Origin: a virus
Lineage: Duplodnaviria; Caudoviricetes
Direction: 5' to 3' (one strand)
Length of the DNA stretch: 61,490 bases
Virus record (IMG/VR): IMGVR_UViG_3300035665_000036
Coordinates: 1-61,490 of that record
Shown: positions 59,901-61,490 of the stretch, in pieces
How positions within the stretch are numbered: position 1 is the stretch's first letter
How the letters are laid out: each line of letters begins with the position of its first letter
Notes under the pieces: model-generated
Seen by the model: only the letters and a program-made list of their open reading frames with translations
What the model was told of the DNA's origin: nothing
The model's database searches: none
Program-made: the position numbers and the translations under genes

Positions 59901-60176
59901 ATTTGAAGTCACAAAATTAAAATCACTTGAAGTGTTGTGATAAACCCTGATTCCGCCAACCTTTGCTCTACCATACACCAAGGCTAAGTGTCCTGGTTCT
60001 CCTTCAACAACAGTTTCAAAGCCTTTTCTAACTTCAGCTGCTTCATTATTCTGTGCAGGAGTTTTCTTTTTAGACTGTACCAGTTGGTAAATCATGGATG
60101 CAATCGTTAAAACAATTGCAACTGCTTGTAACCAGGCTCCCATTGCGGCCATGGCCATCCCTGTAGCATAACTCAT
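53946..60176 (-). CDS. Central tail fibre / host-specificity protein (lambda J-like)
   Basis: LVYGRAKVGG, YSNNPVWCLLDYL, FnIII-like region, and C-terminal ITADNASTYIDNAAI...IKIYDASGILRVQLG. Confidence 0.85.
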   Translation of the reverse strand: MSYATGMAMAAMGAWLQAVAIVLTIASMIYQLVQSKKKTPAQNNEAAEVRKGFETVVEGEPGHLALVYGRAKVGGIRVYHNTSSDFNFVTSNADKSFGESLTPAVVQSGSYTMLETNSVTGESAIVSHNYAYGTSTMLDRSYTNGSRNEFLYFQQALCIGPINDVIDVIIDESRYLDDPALGTYGSVPAGNSYTADEDPSKTKWNDSSKPRSAMRIDAHYTEAGLNKSDAIISQNFPDRSNATFTGMAYISAVVRIDRDDPQFSGVPGLQFLVEGKLIRKVTNGVLNTVWEYSNNPVWCLLDYLMDTTSGGSVDVTEIALTTFEFSAPIAETVVQSNVTVGGKIWKSTDGKKNVSTRGLPLYECNIMIDTKKPVRENVEAILATMGDARLVWSGGKYKLSLQYPGQSNSNIILAAALTEDNLIMDQDIEMAWPTASERLNHCIVRFSNETENFKEDSVSWPPKYSGTSLVGIGGTRYPLADYSYDEGNVGGRFLNNYGVWSTATNSATLTYNIIIRKVDIGDMVLEYTADDSMTIKIYNDSNTELYTYSKSDWTTLGSQTVTLGNASADKVYKIVITGSNSGGDKAIGAKLTKGSKVIWTTREIAYSSVITVIKDNTVYQTMLFEDSNTPLEMEQFFEGATDRYHALAKAEELVRTSRTSYSIKFKYIINEKYLEPGDFITLTSETLGLYNEYFRINSVKITEENSCEVQAQMFDHTHLAWYQKDDEYQKPNNIYSMSIPAPAWIVYEPSNNALTNSSGTLTWAPVSFSEFAGYVLYMYEAGGPRTSGNLPIFNEIGRAVDTSFVLPKLSTPSAFFAVRTISRAGKLSNFTYSSTEEAEFFIDTVYKFEGLVLTPTSSTNRIAWNAFNVYKDGVFLKTVAAGDALWTTGVLYLYFDIKSTDANQYTVRSTTLLPDLKNNKILGTYSGGIAYTMQNSELFPPTNLHLEGKDAPITSNGVLTIPFNTKDIVFAWSNALPNKAKSVTLDKYVLQFYTYDTNTLKATEVITPDNKLDGQYSMSFEKNASIFGTATRKFKIKLFALDSAGYLSSTSLDATFDNAKPSAVTLDFTSVFNAAYLKVPVVSDIDVLKYVFKQYNSAGTVLQKSVETTSSFIDFEATAGTTFKYTVTLCDAFGAGDESSSVEVIAASVEADTYTYTGLQFTPDAVTNKVSWSSFQYSKNGAALVTVSSGTMPTAWTSGKLFYLYLNTSTNTVLATESLATAVTGRILATYKGGTELTADEGKAFISGDQLLAGTVGANQLASDTLITNKAQIGNVIESSVFGWPHASGPNVGMYEGWRIDKSGYAAFKNIEIRGNNGNLVFKSGEGFNWTNVLAEGGTNLPAANATVGATWGTNISGQPSNDLILNNLQTGAWVVGQTPPWGLNGTSAENAIDYDTDVNGVKVPVWKCIANADGNEAGGWYKNEGDPSFGKNWFKVDKNKPYRFAVPVKITGGSTGSYFWGIGETTVCDLNTSNKNSNPYFVYGGRSGLVANRWYLLVGYVFPAGSTGNTNAGSGIFDLTTGELVSERWNYCWASDVEYTGTRAYQYYCANAGETQVFGYPTVEIVDGTESKLFDNLGYAALLNAQQKWSDVSGTGKPADYADVTNYSDARVSNVIEENNTLLVSRPVGASFNNNQSAVTGMIRIILPQGFTYTMMKFTVNVYTFNSDKSFSLNLAGYNHYNSGTWYNTEANLLGSTAADNRVRFGYDSTLGKCCIYIGEPTSSWSYPKVMVKDFIAGYLNFARSQWETGWAIDIVTSAPQNVTQDYADALIDAASIKNQGALATKSSVSYGSDITNLPGLGANRLVNTDFKGITGWFHGWNPGGANIVQFNDSTTIWGVDAYWRPKGSNALAIEQAGIGSNDIAIDIYNGGIWGTNDQRIAVKPNTKYEFSARIAAHNCIGIEMLVAVYNSNGDNISTWSLPYGSWYVPGSGGPDLSNYTQYSVFFVSDPTAAYVQPCFRKGNTQAGQVSSWMWITQPYFGEAAPSQTTASAYVAGPAAGAFANVNKITADNASTYIDNAAIKAAMIGSLSLVGADKFSVKSSDAGARMEMNEKAIKIYDASGILRVQLGDLST

Positions 60177-60781
60177 TAGATTTTCCCCCATTTTAGTGTT
60201 ATTGCGCCAGAACCTTCATATATTTGGTCACAACTAGAATCATTTACATTTTTTTCGCGAATAGAATCTCTGCTTAAAAATAAAGATTTCTTCAAATCTA
60301 AGTTTCTCATTGGGCTTGAGCCTGTTATTTGCAATAAATTTTCTCCAATTTCACTTGTTTTTATTAAATATGAAATACCATCTATTCGCCCTTTATAAAC
60401 AATTGGGCAGTCGGCAATTTCCAAATAGGGCAAACCCGTTACAAGATTGATAAACCCAAGTCTACCCTCCAGAGTTTTTCCAACTAAATTATTGCGAACA
60501 GCAGCCAGTTTAGAAAGTGTTGGATCTGCCAGGGTGATTTTATATTGTTCTCTGTCCACATTTGTGTTCATTTGTGGAGGGTCTACAGTTATCAGTGTGG
60601 CATCTGATGGATAAGAATAATTGACTAAGTCAACTCCATTATTTTTTAACTGAATATCTGCAAAGTGATTTGTTGTGCTGTGCATTATGCTGCTGTCGTA
60701 ATTCAAGATTCTCACCATGTAAAACGCTTCAATCGTCTCTTGTGATAATGCATTAAGAACATTTGCGCTGAAACTTATCAT
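60176..60781 (-). CDS. Minor tail / hub protein
   Basis: Position between the Dit-like gene and J; VYKGRID...D.SCD...LKWGK. Confidence 0.6.
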   Translation of the reverse strand: MISFSANVLNALSQETIEAFYMVRILNYDSSIMHSTTNHFADIQLKNNGVDLVNYSYPSDATLITVDPPQMNTNVDREQYKITLADPTLSKLAAVRNNLVGKTLEGRLGFINLVTGLPYLEIADCPIVYKGRIDGISYLIKTSEIGENLLQITGSSPMRNLDLKKSLFLSRDSIREKNVNDSSCDQIYEGSGAITLKWGKI

Positions 60782-61410
60782 TAAATTGCCTCCACCAATT
60801 TGACCGTACCGTTGTCCATCAATATGCCGTCTTCATAGACCATACCTATCACCGTATCTGTGTCATATTTACAATTCATTATCACATCATCTTGATACTT
60901 TATTGTCGTTCCTGCTGGAACCGCTGAACGCAATGCTGGATAGATATTCAGTGCAACTGTATTCAAAGTGTCTGACAGGATGGCATCAGTTGTAATCATG
61001 TATATTTTCGCATGATTACTGAATCTTATGAAAGTACCTTTAGGTATTTTCTTAGCATTGTTTGCGGCATTTGCACTTATAAGTAATTGAGAAGAGCTTG
61101 CAGCCACAGTATTAAATATTGTCACTGTACCTGTTGCTGTTTTTGCCTGTTTTGCACCATAGTTTTGGGGCATGTGAATCTGTAATGTTTCTGAGAAGCC
61201 TTTCGTAATAAAATTTACCATCAAATCTTGCGCAGAAGTGGAAAGTGGAAACAGTCTTGCTTCCACCTCCCATCTTTGAGTTGCTCTTCTAAAGGTATTT
61301 CTTTTTAATGAAAGGGTATCTGAAACAGTCACAGGTTGATTACTGCGAACTGTGAGGGGTGTCACAAATTCTGCAATAACTGTTGTTCCTTCTAAGATAC
61401 CGTATGGCAT
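60781..61410 (-). CDS. Distal tail-like protein
   Basis: QRWEVE, KGTFIRFSNHAKIYMIT.D, NIYPALR and terminal LVEAI motifs. Confidence 0.65.
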   Translation of the reverse strand: MPYGILEGTTVIAEFVTPLTVRSNQPVTVSDTLSLKRNTFRRATQRWEVEARLFPLSTSAQDLMVNFITKGFSETLQIHMPQNYGAKQAKTATGTVTIFNTVAASSSQLLISANAANNAKKIPKGTFIRFSNHAKIYMITTDAILSDTLNTVALNIYPALRSAVPAGTTIKYQDDVIMNCKYDTDTVIGMVYEDGILMDNGTVKLVEAI

Positions 61411-61490
61411 TATCTTCTATGACCTCTTTCTTTGTTATGATTATTTACACCTTCCGCGATATTGGGAAGCATTCTGTATATTTCTGCCTT
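61410..61490 (-). CDS. C-terminal fragment of the upstream gene, probably the tape measure protein
   Basis: KAEIYRMLPNIAEGVNNHNKERGHRR*, with a TAATG overlap. The call rests on position only. Confidence 0.45.
   Translation of the reverse strand, partial: KAEIYRMLPNIAEGVNNHNKERGHRR

Noticed and set aside
52334-60176. Diversity-generating retroelement targeting tail fibres
   Set aside because: No reverse transcriptase and no TR/VR pair with adenine-specific mismatches seen in this window.
1-61490. Prophage / temperate lifestyle
   Set aside because: No integrase, repressor or host genes in the window. The replication and transcription gene content fits a lytic phage, although the genome is incomplete here.

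Overview
This is an AT-rich segment of a tailed dsDNA phage, probably a lytic siphovirus, with essentially all genes on the minus strand. In transcription order (right to left) it holds: tail-tip genes and a holin; an early region of small, partly paralogous ORFs; a T7-family single-subunit RNA polymerase (RNAP2) split by two HNH-carrying group I introns; a T7-like replication module (SSB, family A DNA polymerase, exonuclease, primase-helicase); a class II ribonucleotide reductase split by a LAGLIDADG-carrying group I intron; DNA ligase, a nucleotidyltransferase and a DHH phosphoesterase; then terminase, fibre genes, endolysin, portal, a 1698-aa MuF fusion and a probable scaffold. The main finding is the 1698-aa protein. 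It joins a MuF (SPP1 gp7-like) minor head protein to a second T7-family RNA polymerase with intact catalytic motifs, and carries an ADP-ribosyltransferase-like domain inserted just before motif A. Two distinct repeated motifs look like phage promoters: a 27-bp motif found only in the early region (3 copies) and CCCGTTAAATTAACCC at module heads (5 identical copies). Together these suggest a two-polymerase cascade, with a virion-delivered RNAP for early genes and a splicing-dependent RNAP for middle and late genes. Several homopolymer frameshifts suggest long-read assembly errors. All family calls come from recognising motifs by eye; no database searches were run.
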